From the IMG/VR virus record IMGVR_UViG_3300020215_000022: a DNA stretch of 44,197 nucleotides; one strand, given 5' to 3'. The stretch is from a virus. The notes under the pieces were generated by a model. It saw only the letters and a program-made list of their open reading frames with translations, was not told where the DNA came from and did not search any database. A program made the translations under genes and the position numbers. Below are positions 31,882 to 39,040 of this stretch, in pieces. Positions within the stretch are counted from its first letter, which is position 1. The number at the start of each line of letters is the position of its first letter.

Positions 31882-32424
31882 CTACGCTGATTTGGCCAAA
31901 ACACAATAGGGCGCGTTCTGGCGCGTCAAACTGTCCAGATATTGCGCCAGGAGGTCGAGCGCGACCATGAGGACCGCTTCCCATTTCCCGGTCTTGCGGG
32001 AGTCCGAGCCGGCGTATTCGGCGAGGGTCAGGCCGTTACCCACCACAGCATCCATGACGCTGATCAGGTCGCCATGGCTTTGCAGGGCTTCGGTGCGGTA
32101 GGCTTTGAGCTGTACCTGAGCATCGTAGAACGCCTGGTTCAAGTCCGGCGGCATTCCCGCTCCCCCGCCCGCCCGCGTGTCGTCCAGGTGTGACCGCATG
32201 GCTCCGGGCTGTGGCTCCCTGTAGACCTTGCGATAGGCGTTGGCGGCTTTGCGCTGGCTGGGGGTCAAGCGGTTCTTCTTGACGAGCCAGGCCAGACCGT
32301 CGCGGATGATCGGCTCCGCTGGCCGTCCCGTCACAATCGTGCGGTCTGGCGTTGCCTTGGCTTCCATGGCCTTCGAGATGGTCTTGGCCTTTTGCTGGCG
32401 TTTCTTCTCGGCTCGGCTGGTCAC
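31882..32424 (-). CDS. Hypothetical protein (candidate late-gene regulator, by position only)
   Basis: 180 aa with a basic N-terminus. It is the last gene of the early-right operon, 208 nt upstream of the late block. Confidence 0.6.
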   Translation of the reverse strand: MTSRAEKKRQQKAKTISKAMEAKATPDRTIVTGRPAEPIIRDGLAWLVKKNRLTPSQRKAANAYRKVYREPQPGAMRSHLDDTRAGGGAGMPPDLNQAFYDAQVQLKAYRTEALQSHGDLISVMDAVVGNGLTLAEYAGSDSRKTGKWEAVLMVALDLLAQYLDSLTRQNAPYCVLAKSA

Positions 32425-32585
32425 TCGCCCTCCCCTTCCTGTTGAAAGCTCTTGGTCTCAGGGATGAGGATCACGGCCCGGTCTAGGAACCGGCCAAGCT
32501 CGTTGAACTTCTCCTCTCCCATGCATTCACGAAGGCCACGGGCTATGCGGGCGAGCGTTTCAAGGTCGTCTTCGGGTGCAGTCAT
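32421..32585 (-). CDS. Small hypothetical protein (54 aa)
   Basis: ATG 32585 lies 1 nt after the upstream stop (32587-32589). This is an internal start within track ORF 32421-32681. Confidence 0.5.
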   Translation of the reverse strand: MTAPEDDLETLARIARGLRECMGEEKFNELGRFLDRAVILIPETKSFQQEGEGE

Positions 32586-32586
32586 G

Positions 32587-33096
32587 TCAGGTGCTCGTGT
32601 TGGGGGGTTGTGCGTTGTTTTCCCTGGCGTTTTGCAGCTTTTTGCGCAGCTCTGCTGCTTCGGCCGCATATTGCTTTCCAAGGCGGCGGTGCATGTGCCA
32701 AGCTTCGGGCATCTCCTCCGCCGGTCCCTTCTGCGGACCCGCGCGGCTGAAGGCCTCCGTCGCCATGATCTGCCGGTCCCGGATTTTCTCCGTCAGGCTC
32801 AGCGCGGCGTATTCGGCGTCGGATAGCGGGCGCCAGGCTTGGGGCTTCACGCCGCGGTTTCCGTCAGTGTGAGCAGCGCGAACTAAGGGTAGGAGTTGGC
32901 CCGGCAGCGGGAACTTCGGGTTCGAGCCCTGCCTCCAGCGCTTGCAGCCGGTTTCGACGGCGAGGGCGCTGAATTCCTTCAGGTCGTCGCACCAATCGTT
33001 GAACCAGCGAGTGCGCTCATCCACGCCCATCAGGGGCGGGCGGCAGTGGACCGCGAGTCCTTCGATCGCTTCGATGATTTCAGTTCGGGAGGCCAT
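32587..33096 (-). CDS. Hypothetical replication-module protein
   Basis: 169 aa; the start overlaps the initiator-like gene by 17 nt. Confidence 0.65.
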   Translation of the reverse strand: MASRTEIIEAIEGLAVHCRPPLMGVDERTRWFNDWCDDLKEFSALAVETGCKRWRQGSNPKFPLPGQLLPLVRAAHTDGNRGVKPQAWRPLSDAEYAALSLTEKIRDRQIMATEAFSRAGPQKGPAEEMPEAWHMHRRLGKQYAAEAAELRKKLQNARENNAQPPNTST

Positions 33097-33808
33097 CGGG
33101 TTTTTCTTCGGCTAGGGCTCTGCGGCGGGCTTCGGATTTGATCGCGAGTTGCTGGTCCACGAAGGACGGCGGCCCCTGCCCCATGCTCATCCGGGCCTCG
33201 GGAATCTCCAGGGCCTTCCGGTTGTCGGCGACGGATTGGGCTATGGCGTTGTCGAAATAGCCCCATGTCCCGATTGGGCCTTTGGCCTTCTGGGCGACCG
33301 CCGTGACCGTCGGAACCACGTCGAAGAGCCACGAGGCCCCCGAAGCTTTCCACATCGGCAGGCGGCCTAGCGTTGTCGCGAGGCCGGGGGATCGAGCGGG
33401 ATCTAGCCGGGATGTGCCAGCGGCCTGGACCAGCTCCTGGGCTAGCTGGCGAGCGTCGCCCTTGGGCCAGTCATCGTTCGCGCACGCGCTATCATCAGCA
33501 TCAGTCTTATCAACTATCCTAGGTATTAGAGTTTTATCTTCTACGCGCGCGAGGGGTGACGTTACCGAGGCCGATGTAACGTCACGTGACGTTACTTTCG
33601 CGACAGGTTCGGCGTAACGTTTGTCGCGTGACGTGACGTTACGCGCCCTCAGTTTCGCCTGCCTGGCGCGTCCCTTAGCTCGGACATTTTCGAGGGTTTC
33701 GGCGACGATGTTCGGCACTTCGGCGTCGAACGCCTTTAGGGCGAGCGTCGCAGCCTCGACCGACAGACCGGCCTCCAGGCACCGCTTAAGGAACTCTGCA
33801 GACCTCAT
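33080..33808 (-). CDS. Putative replication initiator / ori-binding protein (contains the iteron cluster)
   Basis: 242 aa. The coding sequence carries the iterons and AT-rich tract at 33491-33642, translated as NVTSRD...KVTSRDVTSASVTS. Function is inferred from the lambda-O-like arrangement, not from homology. Confidence 0.55.
   Translation of the reverse strand: MRSAEFLKRCLEAGLSVEAATLALKAFDAEVPNIVAETLENVRAKGRARQAKLRARNVTSRDKRYAEPVAKVTSRDVTSASVTSPLARVEDKTLIPRIVDKTDADDSACANDDWPKGDARQLAQELVQAAGTSRLDPARSPGLATTLGRLPMWKASGASWLFDVVPTVTAVAQKAKGPIGTWGYFDNAIAQSVADNRKALEIPEARMSMGQGPPSFVDQQLAIKSEARRRALAEEKPDGLPN
33491..33642. repeat. Candidate origin of replication: AT-rich tract plus GTGACGTTAC iterons
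   Basis: GTGACGTTAC occurs at 33556, 33586 and 33633. The inverted copy GTAACGTCAC is at 33576, forming a 20-bp perfect palindrome at 33576-33595. A partial GTAACGT is at 33614. The tract 33491-33540 is 16/50 G+C by hand count. Confidence 0.6.
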
Positions 33809-34272
33809 GCGGCCTCCGACTGAGCCGCTCGGGCCTCATACTTCTTGATCCCGTACAGGACCGACGTGTGATCGACATCGCCTAGCCAGTGCCCTATCTG
33901 CGGGAGCGAGAACGGCCGCCCATCCTGGCGCCTGAGCTTTCGTATGGCGGCCATAGCCTCATGTCGCGGCCAGGCCAGGCGTCGGCGTCGGGAGCGCCCG
34001 ACCAACTCCGCAACGGTGACCCTGTGTTTGTCCGCGATGGCCGCCAGAACCTCGCGCACACGCGCTGGCGCGTCGCCATAGTCGCAGATGGGCGTCGCCT
34101 TGCGCTTGGGTTCCCGCGCTGGCTTAGGGGCGGGAACCGGCGGCCAAAGGATCGGCTCTGCCATCGCGCCGGAGCGGTAGGCGGCGAAGTAACCGCCATG
34201 CGCCCATATGGCCTTCAGGTACGCATCCTCGTTGGCCTGCGTCGGCATGATTTCGACGGGCAAGACCCTCAC
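33805..34272 (-). CDS. DnaA domain IV (DNA-binding C-terminal domain)-only protein
   Basis: VTVAELVGRSRRRRLAWPRHEAMAAIRKL...FSLPQIGHWLGDVDHTSVLYGIKKYE aligns by eye with E. coli DnaA ...[52 protein letters not shown]. No AAA+ domain is present. Confidence 0.8.
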   Translation of the reverse strand: MRVLPVEIMPTQANEDAYLKAIWAHGGYFAAYRSGAMAEPILWPPVPAPKPAREPKRKATPICDYGDAPARVREVLAAIADKHRVTVAELVGRSRRRRLAWPRHEAMAAIRKLRRQDGRPFSLPQIGHWLGDVDHTSVLYGIKKYEARAAQSEAA

Positions 34273-34583
34273 ACGACCCTCACTTCCAGGCCGTGAACCG
34301 CCTTCATAAGGTGTTGTTTTACTTTGAAAAGCGGGAGTTCTGCGGTAATCTTGGACTTCACGTCCTCAACCACGAGGGAGCCGTTTTCGACATAGGTGAA
34401 GTCCGCGACGTAATGGGTGATCGGGATGCCGTTCACGTCGATCGGATAGCGGACCTGGCGCTTGAGATCGCTGATGGTGTTGGCCCGCTGGAGGAGCTTC
34501 AATTCACCCCATCGGCGAGCCTCTTTCAGGCTGTCGAACCGGATGCCATCAACGACCGTGGGGCGGTTCCCGTACTTAGTCAT
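34269..34583 (-). CDS. DUF1064-like protein (PD-(D/E)XK nuclease-like)
   Basis: MTKYGNRPTVVDGIRFDSLKEARRWGELKLL...YVADFTYVENGSLVVEDVKSKIT matches the DUF1064 pattern. The track ORF extends to 34598. Confidence 0.7.
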   Translation of the reverse strand: MTKYGNRPTVVDGIRFDSLKEARRWGELKLLQRANTISDLKRQVRYPIDVNGIPITHYVADFTYVENGSLVVEDVKSKITAELPLFKVKQHLMKAVHGLEVRVV

Positions 34584-34875
34584 CTGACCGCCCTTCACAG
34601 GTGATCCTGTAGACAGTGGAGCGGGCCAGACCGAAGCGGTTGGCTATCAGTTTCCGGGGCACATTGGCGTTGGCCAGCTCGACGATCTTGGCGTTCCGGT
34701 CGGCATATCTTGGCCCAGGGTGGGGGCGGCTCGCGCAGATCGCGGCATGGCGGGCGACCTCAGAACCAGACGCCGGCCGCGGGACATCCTCGCGGACCAA
34801 GGAGTAGGCATACTGCGCCAAGCTCGCCTCAGCCTCAGGGCCATGCACAGGCTTGATGTTGTCCCAACGGATCAC
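34576..34875 (-). CDS. Helix-turn-helix (resolvase/Hin-type HTH) protein
   Basis: The C-terminus IVELANANVPRKLIANRFGLARSTVYRI looks like an HTH_7-type motif. Confidence 0.6.
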   Translation of the reverse strand: MIRWDNIKPVHGPEAEASLAQYAYSLVREDVPRPASGSEVARHAAICASRPHPGPRYADRNAKIVELANANVPRKLIANRFGLARSTVYRITCEGRSDD

Positions 34876-35147
34876 AGGCCCAGCTCCGATCGAAGCTGCG
34901 CTGTCTTGGCGCCTTTGAGCGGAGCGAACGCCTCCCCCATCGCCCGTGTGTCGCCGCGGCGCTTAGCGTCTTGGTAGCGCTCGTGCGCAGCCTCGAAGGC
35001 CCGCAAGACTTCTAGCTTTGGATCTGATGGCTTTCGGTTGAAGGGCTTGAGCCAGAGGAGAATTGCTAGGATGGCAGCGGGTGTTAGGGCTGCTGCTGTC
35101 CATAGGGTGGCTGTGGTCAGGGCGGTTTCGATGTCGGCGGGGGTCAT
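34872..35147 (-). CDS. Membrane-anchored hypothetical protein
   Basis: 91 aa with the TM segment LWTAAALTPAAILAILLWL. Confidence 0.6.
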   Translation of the reverse strand: MTPADIETALTTATLWTAAALTPAAILAILLWLKPFNRKPSDPKLEVLRAFEAAHERYQDAKRRGDTRAMGEAFAPLKGAKTAQLRSELGL

Positions 35148-35605
35148 GCGGCAACCTTCCTTCCCGCGAGTGCGTCAAGCCGCTGGTTCGCGTCTCGTCG
35201 GATGTAGAGAAGGTCTTCGTCCGTCAGGCGGGCTTCGGCCGCTTCCATGAAGCACTTGCCGTAGGCCGCCTCGGCCTTCGTGATCTGATGCTTCTTGTTC
35301 AGTTCATCGATGCGCGTACCGAGTGGGTTCGGGTCGGTTCCCAACGCGCGCATCTTCTGGCGCAGGCGGGTCTGTCCCACGCCATAGAACCCCATGGCTG
35401 TAGCGACACGTCGGACCCACGACGGGTCTTCCTCGCCAGCAAGCCGGTACGCCAATAGCTGGGCGCGCATGTCCTCCAGCTTGGCTTCACAGGCGCAGTA
35501 CCAGCTCTCTAGTTGAGCGACATCGGAGCAGTCCTGAATGTCGGCGAGGTCGAAGTCTTCCCAGCCGCATATATCTTCGTCACTGACGATATAGCGACCC
35601 ATCAC
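35144..35605 (-). CDS. Hypothetical protein
   Basis: 153 aa with 4-nt overlaps to both neighbours. Confidence 0.65.
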   Translation of the reverse strand: MMGRYIVSDEDICGWEDFDLADIQDCSDVAQLESWYCACEAKLEDMRAQLLAYRLAGEEDPSWVRRVATAMGFYGVGQTRLRQKMRALGTDPNPLGTRIDELNKKHQITKAEAAYGKCFMEAAEARLTDEDLLYIRRDANQRLDALAGRKVAA

Positions 35606-35814
35606 GCGTGCTCCTTCAGCTTCTCAATCGTGTTGAGAGCCCAGGAAGCGGCCTTGCGGAAAACGTCTCCGAAGGTTCCAAACAGCAGGCTAAGGCCCGC
35701 TGTCGCTACCCAGACCCAGAACAGCAGGAAGACGGCTAGCCATGCGACAGAGGTGCGCGCGGCTTTCCGCAGATTTGCGCTCCTCATCGGCCATTCTCCG
35801 TTGTTCTTGTTCAA
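35602..35814 (-). CDS. Small membrane protein
   Basis: The TM segment is VAWLAVFLLFWVWVATAGLSLLFGTF. Possible starts are 35814 or ATG 35787. It overlaps the 3' end of the upstream ORF by at least 98 nt. Confidence 0.5.
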   Translation of the reverse strand: MNKNNGEWPMRSANLRKAARTSVAWLAVFLLFWVWVATAGLSLLFGTFGDVFRKAASWALNTIEKLKEHA

Positions 35815-36103
35815 GAAATTCCGCTAGAGTGATCTGGAAACGGATTTCCAGGATCACGAGCCCCAAGCCGATCCCGGCGTTGGGGTGGTCCAAAACCTTG
35901 TCTCGGGTGTCCTGACTGGAAGTCGCGTCGAACAGGGTTCGCGCCTCCCATTCAGTGAGGTCCCATTCGGCCATCGCGGCCTTCACGCCGCCGATCCCAG
36001 GCCAGCGCCTGCGAACGTACAAAGCCCAGGCGTTCTTCATCCGAAGCTTGGCCGAGGATTTTACTCGGAAGTCTGAGGGGACAGTCAAAGCTCGCTCCGT
36101 CAT
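35690..36103 (-). CDS. Hypothetical protein
   Basis: From ATG 36103: MTERALTVPSDFRVKSSAKLRMKNAWALYVRRRWPGIGGVKAAMAEWDLTEWEARTLFD... No obvious SD. The track ORF extends to 36217. Confidence 0.5.
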   Translation of the reverse strand: MTERALTVPSDFRVKSSAKLRMKNAWALYVRRRWPGIGGVKAAMAEWDLTEWEARTLFDATSSQDTRDKVLDHPNAGIGLGLVILEIRFQITLAEFLEQEQRRMADEERKSAESRAHLCRMASRLPAVLGLGSDSGP

Positions 36104-36114
36104 TGGTTTGACCC

Positions 36115-36369
36115 ATGAACACGGGCCACAGAGCGGAGGCGGGACGGACGGCGGATCAGATCGAGGCGGGCCGGAAACTCTTGGCGGAGATCGGCCGGCA
36201 TACGGACGAACGAACACGAGCGGCGCTTTGGCGGGCCGCTTTCAGATACTTGGGAATTGATCCGGTCTCGTTTCTCGCGGACCGAGAGACCGGCACCGGC
36301 GGAGCCCCCCGGCTTTGCCCGGCTAAGGAACGGGCAGGTCGGGCTCGCAAGCTTGTAGTAGTGGCGTGA
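36115..36369 (+). CDS. Possible opposite-strand hypothetical protein
   Basis: 84 aa. Third positions are mostly G/C. The stop lies 5 nt before the perfect 11-bp hairpin. The alternative reading is that this 390-nt stretch is non-coding. Confidence 0.35.
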   Translation: MNTGHRAEAGRTADQIEAGRKLLAEIGRHTDERTRAALWRAAFRYLGIDPVSFLADRETGTGGAPRLCPAKERAGRARKLVVVA

Positions 36370-36374
36370 GGAGC

Positions 36375-36405
36375 GAGCCCGGCGGTGTTCAAGACCGCCG
36401 GGCTC
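36375..36405. terminator. Perfect 11-bp GC-rich stem-loop without a U-tract
   Basis: GAGCCCGGCGG-tgttcaaga-CCGCCGGGCTC. It sits between the convergent ORFs 36115-36369 (+) and 36494-36754 (-), inside the early-right operon. Confidence 0.4.
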
Positions 36406-36493
36406 TGGCTGTCCGCAACATGAGGCTGCGGACCCAGCAGGTTGAAGCGCCGTGCTGGTGTTGGTGATTTGGTTCGATGCCCCCCGCATGGCC

Positions 36494-36754
36494 TTAGGCG
36501 GCCTCCGGGGCCGACAGGCGTTCTAGGGGGACGAAATAAGGACCATCCCATCGACCAAGCATCCGGGAGCCATGGGGGCCGGGGCGCGATTCGATCTCGC
36601 AGTTGTAGTAGTTGCGGAGGTCCTCAAGCGCGTGCTCAGCGATCATGCTGGCGGCGACCCAACCGCCACCGAGCAACGCGTCATAGGCGCGGCGCAGCTT
36701 CGAGCCTACGCGCGGCACGCGGAGCGGGTCGAGGTTCCTGTGCCTCCCCGTCAC
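36494..36754 (-). CDS. Hypothetical early protein (cII position)
   Basis: 86 aa; ATG 36754 overlaps the Cro-like stop. Confidence 0.6.
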   Translation of the reverse strand: MTGRHRNLDPLRVPRVGSKLRRAYDALLGGGWVAASMIAEHALEDLRNYYNCEIESRPGPHGSRMLGRWDGPYFVPLERLSAPEAA

Positions 36755-37005
36755 GCCGCCCTCCGCTTGCGGGTCCGGGCTATTGATGCAACCTCATCTG
36801 GCATAAGCTCATCAAGAGCGAGGGGGGTCTGCTTGTCCTTGGCCAAGTCCATGAGCCGCGCCCAATGGCGCATCGGAATTCGCTCGCCCAACCCCTTGGG
36901 GGCCGGATACCGCCAGCGCTGCACCGCCGTGCGCTCAAGGCCTAGCCAGTCGGCCACAGTCTTGTTGCCGCCGAGGCGCTTCACGATTTCCGAAGCGGGG
37001 GTCAT
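36751..37005 (-). CDS. cro: Cro / YdaS-like HTH regulator
   Basis: From ATG 37005: MTPASEIVKRLGGNKTVADWLGLERTAVQRWRYP...IPMRHW. It is divergent from the cI-like repressor. The track ORF extends to GTG 37029. Confidence 0.7.
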   Translation of the reverse strand: MTPASEIVKRLGGNKTVADWLGLERTAVQRWRYPAPKGLGERIPMRHWARLMDLAKDKQTPLALDELMPDEVASIARTRKRRAA

Positions 37006-37137
37006 GACGGGACTATGACGAAACGTCACCCCCCTGTCAACGAAGATGTCATAGTTGATTATGACGCCTCCGCTATAGCCACCTCGGAGATTAGCGGGAC
37101 TAGTGCGCCCGCAGCTGACGGGTCGGGCAGGGGTGTG
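37006..37137. promoter_or_regulatory. Divergent cI/cro control region with repeated CTATGAC-type half-sites
   Basis: TATGACG occurs at 37014 and 37060, TGTCATA at 37047 and CATGACG at 37003. The 20-bp palindrome TGTCATA-gttgat-TATGACG spans 37047-37066. The 13-bp palindrome TGACGaaaCGTCA spans 37016-37028. Confidence 0.6.
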
Positions 37138-37776
37138 ATGGATCCGGAGTGGTTAAAGCGCGAATTGTCGCAGCCCGGCCGTTCGCAATCGGCCTTAGCG
37201 CGTTTTATGGGCCTGGTTCCCGAGCAGGTTAACAGGATTTGCAAGGGAACTCGCCAGATCAAGGCGAGCGAGGCCGAGCAGATTCATAACTACCTGGAAA
37301 GCACGGTTTCTGGCGGCGCGGCTATTACACCCCTATCTACTCGCCGCATAATAGTGTCGGGTATCCCACTTCGAGGGACGGTCGAAGCGGGGAGTTGGCG
37401 CGAAGTGCCATTGACTGACATGGAGCTAGAATATTTTCCGGCGCCCAAAAGCCTTGTAGACGCAGGGGCCTACGGGTTACGCGTCGCCGGACCGAGCATG
37501 AACCTCCGTTATCCCGAGGGGACCATTGTGATTGTCCTGCCTTGGCACGGCGGTCCCCTCCCCTTCGGTCGGCGCGTTATAGTTGAGCGGGTCAGAGCTG
37601 ACGGGCTGGTCGAAACGACGATCAAGGAAATGGTTAAGGCCGCGGACGGCTCGCCCGAGCTGTGGCCCCGCTCTAGCCACCCGGCGCACCAAAAGCCTAT
37701 ACCGCTCGACACCGCAGACGGGATAACCGTTCGCCTTATAGGCGTGGTTAAGTCCAGCTACATCCCAGAGGAATAG
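37138..37776 (+). CDS. cI: cI-like repressor (XRE HTH + S24 LexA-type autopeptidase)
   Basis: The HTH is SQSALARFMGLVPEQVNRICKG. The S24 domain has VAGPSMNLRYPEGTIVIV (Ser nucleophile) and TIKEM (Lys). The track ORF starts at 37015, but that would leave only 9 nt to cro. Confidence 0.9.
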   Translation: MDPEWLKRELSQPGRSQSALARFMGLVPEQVNRICKGTRQIKASEAEQIHNYLESTVSGGAAITPLSTRRIIVSGIPLRGTVEAGSWREVPLTDMELEYFPAPKSLVDAGAYGLRVAGPSMNLRYPEGTIVIVLPWHGGPLPFGRRVIVERVRADGLVETTIKEMVKAADGSPELWPRSSHPAHQKPIPLDTADGITVRLIGVVKSSYIPEE

Positions 37777-37791
37777 TCCACCCTGTGAACT

Positions 37792-37828
37792 AAAAAGCTC
37801 GCCCGCTTCGGCCCGGCGAGCTTTTTTC
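37792..37828 (+). terminator. Rho-independent terminator (A-run and T-run flank the stem, possibly bidirectional)
   Basis: AAAAA-AGCTCGCC-cgcttcggccc-GGCGAGCT-TTTTT, beginning 16 nt after the cI stop. Confidence 0.8.
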
Positions 37829-37832
37829 TGCG

Positions 37833-37890
37833 CGTCATAACAAATCTCATAGCTCGGTGTTGACGTAGCTATGATGTTCTGTCATACATG
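37833..37890 (+). promoter_or_regulatory. Candidate early-left promoter with flanking operator-like repeats
   Basis: TTGACG (37860-37865) is followed 17 nt later by CATACA. The perfect inverted repeat TCATAGCT (37847-54) / AGCTATGA (37867-74) brackets the -35. CGTCATA (37833) and TGTCATA (37880) repeat the half-site seen in the cI/cro region. Confidence 0.5.
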
Positions 37891-37916
37891 TCCTCATCGA
37901 ACGAATGAGGACGCAG

Positions 37917-38183
37917 ATGCCCGCCTACACCGCCAAGTTCGCAGACGGACGCACCAAGCACATCGCCAACAGCAAGCGCGAATACAAGGCTGGCTGGCAG
38001 GTGAAGATCACCTACCCCGACGGCCGCGAAACCGTCTTCATGGGATTTGCGCGGGACCACGGCATGGCCAAGGCCGCTACCGTTCGCGAAGTCTCCCACC
38101 TCGTGAAGCCCACCAAGTGGAACCGTGGTGGCCCAGTCGCGACCGTCACGCACACTGAAATCGTCGACGTGGAGCGCGCCTAA
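37917..38183 (+). CDS. Hypothetical early protein
   Basis: ATG 37917 follows GAGGA. The product is MPAYTAKFADGRTKHIANSKREYKAGWQVKITYPDG... The track ORF starts at 37905. Confidence 0.65.
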   Translation: MPAYTAKFADGRTKHIANSKREYKAGWQVKITYPDGRETVFMGFARDHGMAKAATVREVSHLVKPTKWNRGGPVATVTHTEIVDVERA

Positions 38184-38509
38184 TGCTCTTCGACCCCCAC
38201 CTAGACGAAATCCGCCGCGCCTCTCTGGAGCAGGCCCGGAGGGTCAGCGCAGAGCTTGCCGCGCGGGAATCGCGCCGGGTTCGGTTGACCCTTTTCGACA
38301 CCCGTTACGACGGCTCTCTCGACCAAGGCGGCTACGGCTACGCCACTGAGCGCGAGACCTACGGCGAGGAGATGTTCTGCTTCTCCGAGCGGGCGGCGGA
38401 TGGACAGAGGTTCATCACCCTCGTCGGGCCTGAAGGGTCGATCGAGCTGCATGAAAGCTGCTGGCGGGAAATAGCTCGCGCGATGGATATCCTCGGGGGT
38501 GGGGAATGA
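38183..38509 (+). CDS. Hypothetical early protein
   Basis: 108 aa, with a TAATG overlap to the upstream gene. Confidence 0.65.
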   Translation: MLFDPHLDEIRRASLEQARRVSAELAARESRRVRLTLFDTRYDGSLDQGGYGYATERETYGEEMFCFSERAADGQRFITLVGPEGSIELHESCWREIARAMDILGGGE

Positions 38510-38817
38510 GAACCGCTCACACCCGAGGGCTGGAGGCCATTGGCCTGACCATCACCCGCCGCTGGGCCGGCAAGACCGCAGTGATCGCGACCGTCGCGAA
38601 CCGCCTGCCCTGGCACGAGGACCGTAACTGCGAGGCGGACGAAACCTATGCGAACGCCGCCCTATTCGCCGCCGCTGACGACATGTTCGAGGCGCTGAAG
38701 GGCCTGTCAGCAGTCGCCGAGACGACGACCTTTTCCGACCAATACCCAGCCGAATGCGAAGCTGCCCGCACCGCCATCTCCAAGGCTCTTGGGGTTCTTG
38801 ATGAGGGGGGAAGGTAG
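38506..38817 (+). CDS. Hypothetical early protein
   Basis: 103 aa, with an ATGA overlap. Confidence 0.65.
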   Translation: MRTAHTRGLEAIGLTITRRWAGKTAVIATVANRLPWHEDRNCEADETYANAALFAAADDMFEALKGLSAVAETTTFSDQYPAECEAARTAISKALGVLDEGGR

Positions 38818-38818
38818 G

Positions 38819-39040
38819 ATGGGCTGCAAACCCGATTCCTTGGCGGACGAGAACAGCGCCCACCTTCTGTCCCCACGCGGCGGTGCATCCGAGACATGGT
38901 ACTGGCAGGGCGGTGGATGGGCCACACAGCCTAACTCCCGATGGGTCACGACGCCCGGCTCGATGAGCGTGCTTGGCTGGCGCTACGTCTCCCCCGCCAA
39001 AGCAGAACCCCATCCTACCGTAGAGAATGGGGGGAAGTGA
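38819..39040 (+). CDS. Hypothetical early protein
   Basis: ATG 38819 lies 1 nt after the previous TAG. 73 aa, Trp-rich (WYWQGGGWATQPNSRW). Confidence 0.55.
   Translation: MGCKPDSLADENSAHLLSPRGGASETWYWQGGGWATQPNSRWVTTPGSMSVLGWRYVSPAKAEPHPTVENGGK

Noticed and set aside
36100-36551. Minus-strand ORFs 36100-36489 and 36156-36551 filling the early-operon gap
   Set aside because: The translations are dominated by Arg/Ser/Pro/Gly with no structure-like segments. They overlap each other and the hairpin.
37015-37137. 41-aa N-terminal extension of the cI-like repressor (track start ATG 37015)
   Set aside because: It would leave only 9 nt between divergent start codons and bury the operator palindromes in coding sequence. 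XRE HTH domains normally begin near the N-terminus, which fits ATG 37138.
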